From Planctomycetaceae bacterium (GTDB lineage Bacteria > Planctomycetota > Phycisphaerae > Phycisphaerales > SM1A02), in the NCBI GenBank assembly GCA_002684855.1, contig NYWD01000037.1, positions 1,671 through 65,670 of the forward strand: a stretch of DNA of 64,000 nt. The letters run 5' to 3'. The notes under the pieces were generated by a model, which made no database searches, was not told the DNA's origin, and saw only the letters and a program-made list of their open reading frames with translations. Below, piece after piece: positions 18,744 to 26,514 of the stretch. Both the position numbers and the translations under genes were made by a program. The stretch's first letter is position 1; every line of letters begins with the position of its first letter.

Positions 18744-20551
18744 TCTTCCTTCTCTGGCTTGACGGCGGGTTCCTCGACCTTCGGGGAACCGTCGATCCTC
18801 CTGACCTGGACCACGTGGGCGTCGAAGAGCTCCATCGCGTCCGCGACCAGCGGGTGCGATTCCACGTCGTCCTCCACGACTCGCGAGGGTGCCGAACCCC
18901 TGGTCTCTGCGCCGACGAACCCGACTCGGATGCGACGGCCGAGGGCCTCGGAGGCGAGCTCCTCGAGCGACGCCGGATGGGAGACCGTCCAGTCGGCCCC
19001 CGGAGAGGCGTCTTCCCGGCGACGGAGACGGAGATGGTCCCCTTCCAGCCGGTCGAACTCGAAGTCGGCGAGCATGGCGCGATGCCTCGGCGTGGTCGCC
19101 GCGGCCGCGAGCCGGGCCCACGGCCCCCCCGTGTCATCGCCTTCGACGCCCCGTGCCGGCTCGGGCTCGGGCGTCGACGGTGACGTCCCGGCCGCGCTGC
19201 CCGTCCCGGTCTCCCCGTCCCGCGGCACGCCACCTTCCGGGGCCGTCGCGCTCGGGACCGGAGACGCTTCGACTTCCCCGGGCGCTTCGACGACCGGGGC
19301 GGGCGTCGGAACCGCCGGCGTCGACCGGGCTCCGGAGGACGATGCGGGCTTCGACGACCGCCGGGGTTCAGCGGCGTTCAGCCTTTTTTTTTTCGTGGGG
19401 GTCGAGGCGACGGCTTCTCCCGCGAGGAGCGATGCAGCCCTTGCGAATCGTTCCGACATCGCCATCCGCGCCACCGCCGCGTCGAGGATCGCCCGAGGCG
19501 ACGCGCTCACGCGGACCCGCGCGTTCGCCGCATCGCAGAGCGCGATCATGTGGACCAGCTGCTCCGGTTCGAAGCGGGCCGCCTCTTCGACGAGGGCGGC
19601 GGCCTCCTCGGGTCCCGTACCGAGCATCTCCGGATCCGCCCCGCACGCACCGGCGGCGAGGAGCAGGCGGAATCGCTCGGCGATGCCATCGAGGGCCCGT
19701 TCGGGGGCGAGCCCCTCGCCCAGCAGCGTGGCCATCGCGCGAAGCGTTCCCCCGAGATCCCCCGTCCCGATCGCGGCAACCACCTCCCGCACGATGTCCT
19801 CCGGCGGCACGCCGAGCACCCGCTCGAGAAGCTCGGCATCCAGCCGGCCGTCCGCCGCGGCGACGATCCGTTCGAGAATGCTGAGTCCGTCCCGCATGGA
19901 ACCGTTCGCGAGACGCGCGACGCGCAGGACGACGGCTTCGTCGGACTCGATCGATTCCCGGGCCAGGACGTCGGCGAGATGGGCCGCGATGCCGGGAATC
20001 GAGATCGGACGGAAGTCGAATCGCTGGCACCGACTCTGGATGGTCGGGAGGACCTTGTGCGGCTCCGTGGTGCAGAGGATGAACTTCACATGCGAGGGAG
20101 GTTCCTCCATCGTCTTGAGCAGGGCGTTGAACGCCGCGTTCGAGAGCATGTGGACCTCGTCGATGATGTAGATCTTGAACGGCGATCGCGCGGGCCGGAT
20201 GCTCGCGTTCGCGATCAGGTCCCGGGCGTCCTGCACGCCGTTGTTGCTCGCGCCGTCGATCTCCACCACGTCCATGTCCTCGCCGCGGAGGATCGCGTCC
20301 TCGACCGCCTCCACCTCGCCGGCCGGATCGGCGGCGTTCAGGGCGCGAGCGAAGATCCTCGCCATCGAGGTCTTCCCGACCCCGCGGGTTCCGCAGAACA
20401 GGTAGGCATGGGCGGTCCGGTCCCGTTCGATCGCCCGCTCGAGCGTCTCCGCGATCGACTCCTGCCCCACCACCTCGCCGAAGGTCCTGGACCGGTAGCG
20501 TCGAGCGAGGACCTGGTAGCCGGGGACGTTTTCGGTGGCGGTTTCGGGCAT
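18740..20551 (-). CDS. dnaX: DNA polymerase III subunit tau (and possibly gamma)
   Basis: ATG at 20551. Motifs FGEVVGQE, FCGTRGVGKTS (Walker A), IIDEVHML and CTTEPHKVLPTIQSRC. A Pro/Ala/Ser-rich linker and a C-terminal domain follow. Confidence 0.9.
   Translation of the reverse strand: MPETATENVPGYQVLARRYRSRTFGEVVGQESIAETLERAIERDRTAHAYLFCGTRGVGKTSMARIFARALNAADPAGEVEAVEDAILRGEDMDVVEIDGASNNGVQDARDLIANASIRPARSPFKIYIIDEVHMLSNAAFNALLKTMEEPPSHVKFILCTTEPHKVLPTIQSRCQRFDFRPISIPGIAAHLADVLARESIESDEAVVLRVARLANGSMRDGLSILERIVAAADGRLDAELLERVLGVPPEDIVREVVAAIGTGDLGGTLRAMATLLGEGLAPERALDGIAERFRLLLAAGACGADPEMLGTGPEEAAALVEEAARFEPEQLVHMIALCDAANARVRVSASPRAILDAAVARMAMSERFARAASLLAGEAVASTPTKKKRLNAAEPRRSSKPASSSGARSTPAVPTPAPVVEAPGEVEASPVPSATAPEGGVPRDGETGTGSAAGTSPSTPEPEPARGVEGDDTGGPWARLAAAATTPRHRAMLADFEFDRLEGDHLRLRRREDASPGADWTVSHPASLEELASEALGRRIRVGFVGAETRGSAPSRVVEDDVESHPLVADAMELFDAHVVQVRRIDGSPKVEEPAVKPEKEE
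19384..19393 (-). other. A10 homopolymer inside dnaX, a candidate programmed frameshift or transcriptional-slippage site
   Basis: Coding strand reads ACG AAA AAA AAA AGG CTG. The -1 frame stops after 5 codons (TGA at 19368-19370) and the +1 frame after 1 codon (TGA at 19378-19380). Confidence 0.5.
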
Positions 20552-20594
20552 CGAGCACCGGATGTCGAGGGGACGCGAGAAGCGACGCGGGATG

Positions 20595-20716
20595 GCGACG
20601 TGGAGGACGGCCAGGCGATCGACGGCCCGAACGACGACGCGTATGGCTGCTGCCGTCAAGCCCTGACCAGGTTGGCGAGCCGTCCGTCCGACGGACCCGA
20701 CCGTCCTCCACGCCGC
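20595..20716 (-). ncRNA. ffs: small signal recognition particle RNA (4.5S type)
   Basis: Minus strand contains ACCUGGUCAGGGCUUGACGGCAGCAGCCAUAC, against E. coli ACCAGGUCAGGUCCGGAAGGAAGCAGCCAAGG. A 12-16 bp terminal stem (CGUGGAGGACGG / CCGUCCUCCACG) closes a hairpin of about 114-122 nt. It lies immediately upstream of dnaX, as scr does in Bacillus. Confidence 0.75.
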
Positions 20717-20785
20717 GATCCGCACCGCGGACCCGCATCCTAGCCCGAATCCCGTCCCGAGGCCCGGCGACCGCGGCCGCCCGCG

Positions 20786-20791
20786 TAGAAT
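20786..20791 (+). promoter_or_regulatory. -10-like hexamer TAGAAT, 8 nt upstream of the PIN/TRAM gene ATG
   Basis: Reads TAGAAT-ccgatccg-ATG in an otherwise very GC-rich intergenic stretch. Confidence 0.35.
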
Positions 20792-20799
20792 CCGATCCG

Positions 20800-22071
20800 A
20801 TGGAACGAGACGACGCCATTCCGACGCCCGACTCCGCGATCGTGACGCCGTCGGACCTCGATTCGAGCAGGCTCCGCTCGCAGCGGCTGCTGCTGCTCGT
20901 GGTGCGGCTGCTCTTCCTCGTGCTGCTGGTCTCGATCTCGATGCTCACCATCGCCGGCCGGCAGTCCGGCCCGCTGGAATTCCGCCTGCAGACCTTCCTC
21001 GGCGTCTTCCTCGCCAGCGCCGCGGTCGGGACGATCGTGATCGTGCTCGACGTCATGACCCCGAACAAGCGACTCTCGTCGGTGGTCGGGGTCTATCTCG
21101 GGATCTGCTTCGGACTGCTCGCGGCGGTCGCGGTCAGCTTCCTGATCGACGTGGTCGCCAATGCGATGGGCGGCGTGGAAAGCACCACGTCGATCTACCT
21201 CGGGGTCTCCAAGGCCACCCTCGCCCTGGTCTTCTGCTACCTCTCGGTCTCGGTGGTGCTGACGACCAAGGACGATTTCCGGGTGGTGCTGCCCTACGTC
21301 GAGTTCGCCCGACAGGTCCGCGGGATCCGGCCCCTGCTGGTCGACACCTCCTCGCTCGTGGACGGCCGGATCGAGGACGTCGGTCGAGCCGGCTTCATCG
21401 ACGCGCCGATCCTGATCGCCGAGTTCGTGCTCGAGGAACTGCAACGCCTCTCCGACAGCGGCGACCGGCAGAAGCGGCTTCGTGGCCGGCGAGGACTCGA
21501 CGTCGTCGCGAAGATGCAGCAGAACCCCTTCCTCGACGTCGCGATCGATGGAACCCGGCCTCCGGGGGTCGGCGTCGACGCCATGCTCGTGGAGATGGCT
21601 CGCGGCCAGGATCTCCGGATCCTGACGTCCGACCTGAATCTGCGGAAGGTCGCGGAGATCAACGGCGTGTCCGTGCTCAACATCAACGACGTCGCACGTT
21701 CCCTGCGACCGGCCTCCCTCCCGGGCGACTCGATGGAGATCGAGCTGGTGAAGGCGGGCGAGGAGCCTTCGCAGGCGGTCGGCTACCTGCCGGACGGCAG
21801 CATGGTGGTGGTGCAGGACGGCGGCGACCGCGTCGGTGACATCGTCGAGGCGGTGATCACCAACTCGCTCCAGACCGCGGGCGGAAGGATGATCTTCGCG
21901 AGACTGGCGGACGACGCCCCGGACGACGGAGACGAGCGGCCGTCGGAACCGGGCGCCATCGGCCGTGCCGCGACGACGCAGCCCCGGTCGACCGGACCCG
22001 CGCCGGGCGGCGCGCGCGGCGGCTCGGGTGATCGCGGGCGTTCGCCCCGTCGGAAGAACCGCCGGGACTGA
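20800..22071 (+). CDS. membrane-anchored PIN/TRAM-domain protein (YacL-like)
   Basis: Four N-terminal TM helices. PIN region LLVDTSSLVDGRIED...ILTSDLNLRKVAEINGV. TRAM-like region GDSMEIELVKAGEEPSQAVGYLPDGSMVVV. Confidence 0.8.
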   Translation: MERDDAIPTPDSAIVTPSDLDSSRLRSQRLLLLVVRLLFLVLLVSISMLTIAGRQSGPLEFRLQTFLGVFLASAAVGTIVIVLDVMTPNKRLSSVVGVYLGICFGLLAAVAVSFLIDVVANAMGGVESTTSIYLGVSKATLALVFCYLSVSVVLTTKDDFRVVLPYVEFARQVRGIRPLLVDTSSLVDGRIEDVGRAGFIDAPILIAEFVLEELQRLSDSGDRQKRLRGRRGLDVVAKMQQNPFLDVAIDGTRPPGVGVDAMLVEMARGQDLRILTSDLNLRKVAEINGVSVLNINDVARSLRPASLPGDSMEIELVKAGEEPSQAVGYLPDGSMVVVQDGGDRVGDIVEAVITNSLQTAGGRMIFARLADDAPDDGDERPSEPGAIGRAATTQPRSTGPAPGGARGGSGDRGRSPRRKNRRD

Positions 22072-22085
22072 GGCCGACGCCTCCT

Positions 22086-23612
22086 TCACCCACCGGCTTG
22101 GTCGACGCCGTGACCGCGTTCGAAGGCGGCCATCCGATCACCGAACGCCTCCGCCCTTCCCAGTCCGCCCCGGCCGATCGGCTGCCGGACCTGGTGCATC
22201 GACAGCGTCGGCATGAACCGACGCCCGCCCCGGCCCTCCTCCGACCGGTGCGGTTCGAGGCACCGCGCATCCCAGTCGAGGCCGAGGAACCCGATGAGTT
22301 CGCGGATCCGGGGCTCCGGGTCGGTCACCAGCGCGGTGTAGTCGACCTCGAACCAGGGGTTCGGCACCCGCGACCGCATCGCCTCCGCGAACCTCGCCTG
22401 GCTTCGAATCATGCGACCGATCCAGTCCAGCCGCGTCGTCCAGGGCATGCGGTCGTGTGCGAGATTCTGGCCGTAGATGGAGATCGCGACATCCCCGGGC
22501 GGGCGATCGATGGTGATGATCCGGGCCCGTGGGAACCAGCGACCGATCACCGGCAGGCGCTGCCAGTTCGAAAGATGCTTGTTGACGATTCGCGCCGACC
22601 GGCCGAACAACGCCGTCTGTCGTTCGAGATAGTCGACGCGCATCCGCTCGAGCACGTCGGGTGCGGCGGTTCGAATCGCGGCGTCCGGATCGCCGTCGAG
22701 TTCCTCGCGGAACCCGCGCAGGACGTCTCCGATCAGCCCCGTCTCGCCGGCCCCGTGCGCCTCCGGATGGACGCCGACGATCCGCTCCACGAGCGACGTC
22801 CCGCTCCGGGGGAGCGAGGCGATGAAGACGGGGACCTCGCTGGCCTCCGCGACCGAGGGATCCGCCCCCGGCTCCAGCCGGTCCGTCGCCGCGATGATGT
22901 CGTCGAGTCGACGGTCCCATGCGTCGGGATCGAACTCCACCGGCAGCAGCGCGTGCGCGGCGTCGAACGCGTCCATCGCCTCGTCGGTGCGGCCGAGCTT
23001 CTCGAGCATCCGTCCACGGTGCAGGAGCAGGCGACGCCGGATCGGCGGCGGCGTGGACGACGACTCCAGCAGCCGGTCCGCGACCACCAGACCGTCCTCC
23101 CGACGACCGGCGAGTTCGAGGACGTTGGCGTAGGTTTCCGCCATTTCTGGATCCAGGCCCCGGCTCGCGATCGTCCGTTCGACGAATTCGATCGCCCGAT
23201 CGAGTTCGCCGGCCCCCTCGAAGGCCTGCACGAGCATCGCCTCCGCCCGTCGATTCCCCGGCATCCGGCGGCAGGCCTCGCGAGCCGAATCGATCATCTC
23301 GCGGTACCGGCCTCCGAGCTTGTGGATCACCGCCTGGTCAAGGGGGATCATCGGGTTGCGCGGATCGGCCTTGTGGGCTCGGTCGAGGATCCGCTGCGCC
23401 TCCAGCATGAGTCCGCCCTTGAGGAGGATCAGGGCCTTGATCCGGAGCGCATTCGGATCCTTCGGATTCCGGGCGACCGCCGCATCCACGAGTCGGGCGG
23501 CCTCCCGGGTGCGACCGACGTGGAACAGTTCCGTGGCCCGCTGCAGATCCGGGTCGGGTGCGTTACCCCGCGGGCCGCGTTTCACTGGTCGCTTCGATGG
23601 TCTGCCTTTCAT
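22086..23612 (-). CDS. TPR-repeat sulfotransferase-family protein
   Basis: N-terminal TPR repeats. The 5'-PSB-like motif FIASLPRSGTSLVERIV is followed by a sulfotransferase-like C-terminal domain. Confidence 0.75.
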   Translation of the reverse strand: MKGRPSKRPVKRGPRGNAPDPDLQRATELFHVGRTREAARLVDAAVARNPKDPNALRIKALILLKGGLMLEAQRILDRAHKADPRNPMIPLDQAVIHKLGGRYREMIDSAREACRRMPGNRRAEAMLVQAFEGAGELDRAIEFVERTIASRGLDPEMAETYANVLELAGRREDGLVVADRLLESSSTPPPIRRRLLLHRGRMLEKLGRTDEAMDAFDAAHALLPVEFDPDAWDRRLDDIIAATDRLEPGADPSVAEASEVPVFIASLPRSGTSLVERIVGVHPEAHGAGETGLIGDVLRGFREELDGDPDAAIRTAAPDVLERMRVDYLERQTALFGRSARIVNKHLSNWQRLPVIGRWFPRARIITIDRPPGDVAISIYGQNLAHDRMPWTTRLDWIGRMIRSQARFAEAMRSRVPNPWFEVDYTALVTDPEPRIRELIGFLGLDWDARCLEPHRSEEGRGGRRFMPTLSMHQVRQPIGRGGLGRAEAFGDRMAAFERGHGVDQAGG

Positions 23613-23621
23613 CGCGGCTCC

Positions 23622-23677
23622 ATGCTAGACGAAGGATGCTAGACGAAGGACGCTCGACGAAGGACGTCGACGGGAGA
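23622..23677. repeat. 14-bp tandem direct repeat, three good copies plus one degenerate copy
   Basis: Plus strand reads atgctagacgaagg atgctagacgaagg acgctcgacgaagg acgtcgacgggaga. It starts 10 nt upstream of the sulfotransferase ATG and lies about 85 nt downstream of the flgE stop. Confidence 0.8.
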
Positions 23678-23762
23678 ACGACGAACCGCGGCCGAAGGCG
23701 TCCCCTCGGGCGCCCGCGACCGCGGTGGCTCGTCCGCGTCGATTTCCTCGTCTCCGCAGCCG

Positions 23763-25502
23763 TCAACGACCCAGTGCGAGCAGCTGGGTCATCAGTTCAT
23801 CGGTCGTGGTGATCACGCGACTCGCGGCCGAGTAGCCGGTGGAGGCGAGGATCATGTCGATGAACTCCTGCGAGAGATCCACGTTCGAGAGTTCGAGCGC
23901 CCCCCCGACGACCCTGCCGGTGCCGAATTCCCGCGGCGTGGCGATCAGGGGCGTGCCGGAGTTGGGACCGCTCCCGAAGAGGTTGTCCCCCACGTCGACC
24001 AACCCCTCCGGGTTGGAGAACTTCGCGAGCGCGACCTGTCCGATGGTCCGGGTGAGGCCGTTGGTGAACGACCCCGAGATCATCCCGTCCTCGCCGATCG
24101 AGAAGGAACCGAGGGTGCCGATCGGGGAGCCGTCCTGGTAGACCGCCGCGAAGTTGCTGGCGCTGTCGGTGAAGCTGGACAGGGCGTCGGTGCCGCTGTC
24201 GAAGTCCATGTTGACCGTGAGCGGGTTCACCGCACCGTTCGTCCGCTGGATCGAGAAGCTCTGGTTCGTCGCGCCGACGAACCGTCCGTTGGAGTCGAAA
24301 CTCACCTCTCCGAGCGCGAGGAGGCGATCCGCGGCGTCGTTGTCGCTCGATTCCGCGACGAATTCCCACGTGGTTCCGCCGGACGGCGTGGTGCCCTGGA
24401 GCACGAAGGAGAGATCGATGGTGAGCGGGGTCCCGAGCGAGTCGTAGACCACGAAACTGGTCCGGACGCTCTCACCCTCCGCATCGGAGATCTTGGACAT
24501 GACCATGGGATTGGCGAGCCCGGCCCCCGGGGTGTCGATCGTGATGTCGCCGGTCGCGATGTCGAGGTCCTGCACCGTTCCCTCGTTGCCGGTCACCACG
24601 ATGGAACCGTCGGCGTTGATGACCACCGAGCCTCCGAGATTGCTGACCCCGCCGATCGCGGAGGAGTCGGTGCCGAGATACTCGTCGAGGAAGGCCACGT
24701 AGTCCCCGAAGGTCGTCGTGCCGTCGACGATCTCGAAGCTCGCGGATCCGAGGTCCTTGCCGCCCTTCTCGACGCCCGCGATCGTGATGGTGCTTCCGAC
24801 CACGCTGGCCGCTTCGAAGGCGAGGGTGAACCCGCCCGCGCCGTCGCTCACGTAGATGTCCTGCGAGCCGAACTGGGTCGAGGCGTCGACCGGGACCGTC
24901 CCGGCGGGATCGGTGTAGAAGGCGCGGCTCTCGTGCACCGATCCGGTCGTGGCGATCTCGCCCGAGGCGTTGAGGTTCCCGTTGAAGATGACGTTGCTGG
25001 TCTGTTCCGCGAGGGTCAGGGTGCCCACCGGGATGTTGAGCTCGGCGAGGTTGCCCTCGACGATGTTGAACTGCTCGTCGACCGCGTAGCCCATGACCTT
25101 CGCACCGGACTGCGTCACGAGATCGTTCTCCGGGTTCCGGATGAAGCCGCCCGACCGGGTGAAGTACCGGGATCCCGCCTGGTTCACGATGAAGAATCCG
25201 TCACCCTCGATGGCGAGGTCGGTCGCGACCCCGGTCACGCCGATCGCCCCGTTGGTGAAGTTGCGCTGGGTGCCGCCGATCGTGACCCCGAGCCCGATCT
25301 GGCCGGGGTTGCTTCCACCCGTCGCGTCGCCGGGCGCGGTGCCCAGGGAGAAGTTCCGGCTGAAGGTCGGGGCGAACGTCATCCGGTTCGACTTGTAGGC
25401 GGTGGTGTTGACGTTCGCGATGTTGTTGCCGATCACGTCGAGACGACGTGAGTTGCTGGTGAGACCGGAGAGACCGGTGAAGAGTGCGGTGGTGGATGCC
25501 AT
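23763..25502 (-). CDS. flgE: flagellar hook protein FlgE
   Basis: N-terminus ALFTGLSGLTSNSRRLDVIGNNIANVNTTAYK and C-terminus GALELSNVDLSQEFIDMILASTGYSAASRVITT are canonical rod/hook terminal motifs. Confidence 0.9.
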   Translation of the reverse strand: MASTTALFTGLSGLTSNSRRLDVIGNNIANVNTTAYKSNRMTFAPTFSRNFSLGTAPGDATGGSNPGQIGLGVTIGGTQRNFTNGAIGVTGVATDLAIEGDGFFIVNQAGSRYFTRSGGFIRNPENDLVTQSGAKVMGYAVDEQFNIVEGNLAELNIPVGTLTLAEQTSNVIFNGNLNASGEIATTGSVHESRAFYTDPAGTVPVDASTQFGSQDIYVSDGAGGFTLAFEAASVVGSTITIAGVEKGGKDLGSASFEIVDGTTTFGDYVAFLDEYLGTDSSAIGGVSNLGGSVVINADGSIVVTGNEGTVQDLDIATGDITIDTPGAGLANPMVMSKISDAEGESVRTSFVVYDSLGTPLTIDLSFVLQGTTPSGGTTWEFVAESSDNDAADRLLALGEVSFDSNGRFVGATNQSFSIQRTNGAVNPLTVNMDFDSGTDALSSFTDSASNFAAVYQDGSPIGTLGSFSIGEDGMISGSFTNGLTRTIGQVALAKFSNPEGLVDVGDNLFGSGPNSGTPLIATPREFGTGRVVGGALELSNVDLSQEFIDMILASTGYSAASRVITTTDELMTQLLALGR

Positions 25503-25529
25503 GTCGGACTCCTTGACTCGCTCGACGGC

Positions 25530-26048
25530 TCAGGCCGCGTCGTCGCGATTGGTGGACTTGAATTCGGATTCCGGATCGTCGGCGGCGAACTGGAGCGCCT
25601 CCGCGATCCCGTTGGGAAGACTGGTGGCGACCGGGCCGGTCGCGGACGCCGGCGCGGCCTCGGCCTCGCCGAGGCGCACCGCCGCGTCGATCGGAAGCAG
25701 TGGTGCGGGGGATGCGTCGTCCGCGGCGAGCTCGCCGTCGATCCGGCGGTCCGCGATGTCGAGCAGGAGCGGGCGCTGATCCGCGATCACGAGGATCCGC
25801 TCGTAGCCCGCGGCCTGCGCGGCGTCGGCGATCTCCGAGAGCCGGTCCGCGAAACGATCCTCGATCGGCGATTCGAGCCGAGCCTGGTCGATCGATCGAC
25901 CGCTCGCGAACTCGCCGTCCGCGGCCCGCGAGAGGAGCTCGTCGAAGTCCGCGATCCCGATCGACCTCCGACCCTCCGGCGACGCGACGCCGGCGGGGCG
26001 GACCGCCGGTTCCAGTCGTCGAAGGAGTTGTCGGGGATCGATGTTCAC
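25530..26048 (-). CDS. flagellar operon protein (TIGR02530-like), hypothetical
   Basis: It sits between flgD and flgE, as in Firmicutes and spirochaetes. The pattern FDELL...S....RL....RL.EIA.AA...G.ERILVI resembles that family from memory, unverified. Confidence 0.45.
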   Translation of the reverse strand: MNIDPRQLLRRLEPAVRPAGVASPEGRRSIGIADFDELLSRAADGEFASGRSIDQARLESPIEDRFADRLSEIADAAQAAGYERILVIADQRPLLLDIADRRIDGELAADDASPAPLLPIDAAVRLGEAEAAPASATGPVATSLPNGIAEALQFAADDPESEFKSTNRDDAA

Positions 26049-26076
26049 GATGGGGTGTTCCGGTGACGAAGCGCGA

Positions 26077-26496
26077 TCAGGGAAGGGTGCTGGGATCGAC
26101 GATGATCTCGACGTTGTCCATGGGCAGGAGCCATCCGCTGCTCAGTTCGAGGGAGACGGTGTCACCCTCGCGAAGGACCGACAGCACCGAGCCGGCGACT
26201 CGATCGCCGGTGGGAAGGATGCCCTGCACGGTCTTGCCGAGAAGGTTGCCGGCGGAGGAGAGCTGGTTCTGGAAGACGATGTTCTCGAGCTTCTCGGTCA
26301 TCGAGATGTCGGATTCGATCTGGCGGATCGAGTTCAGCTGGTCGAGCAGGGCGGACGAGTCGTTGGGCTCGAAGGGATCCTGCTGCTGAAGTTCCGTGAA
26401 GATGATCTGCATGAAGTCCTCGGAGGACATCTCGTTGAATCGATTGACGCCGGCGTTGCCCGCCACGCTCGATGCTGCAGATGGAATCGCACTCAT
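26077..26496 (-). CDS. flgD: flagellar hook assembly (capping) protein FlgD
   Basis: MSSEDFMQIIFTELQQQDPFEPNDSSALLDQL is the FlgD N-terminal motif. Operon position agrees. Confidence 0.85.
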   Translation of the reverse strand: MSAIPSAASSVAGNAGVNRFNEMSSEDFMQIIFTELQQQDPFEPNDSSALLDQLNSIRQIESDISMTEKLENIVFQNQLSSAGNLLGKTVQGILPTGDRVAGSVLSVLREGDTVSLELSSGWLLPMDNVEIIVDPSTLP

Positions 26497-26514
26497 GGGA
26501 GAGACCTCCGTGAC

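Noticed and set aside
15999-20171. Very long ORFs in the supplied track: 15999-20171 (1390 aa), 35330-38809 (1159 aa), 9485-12472 (995 aa), 28306-31107 and 49128-51929 (933 aa each), 38614-41121 (835 aa), and many more.
   Set aside because: They run antisense to, or out of frame with, genes that carry unmistakable family motifs. They are Arg/Pro/Gly-dominated and contain no recognisable motifs. This is the expected consequence of stop-codon scarcity in GC-rich DNA.
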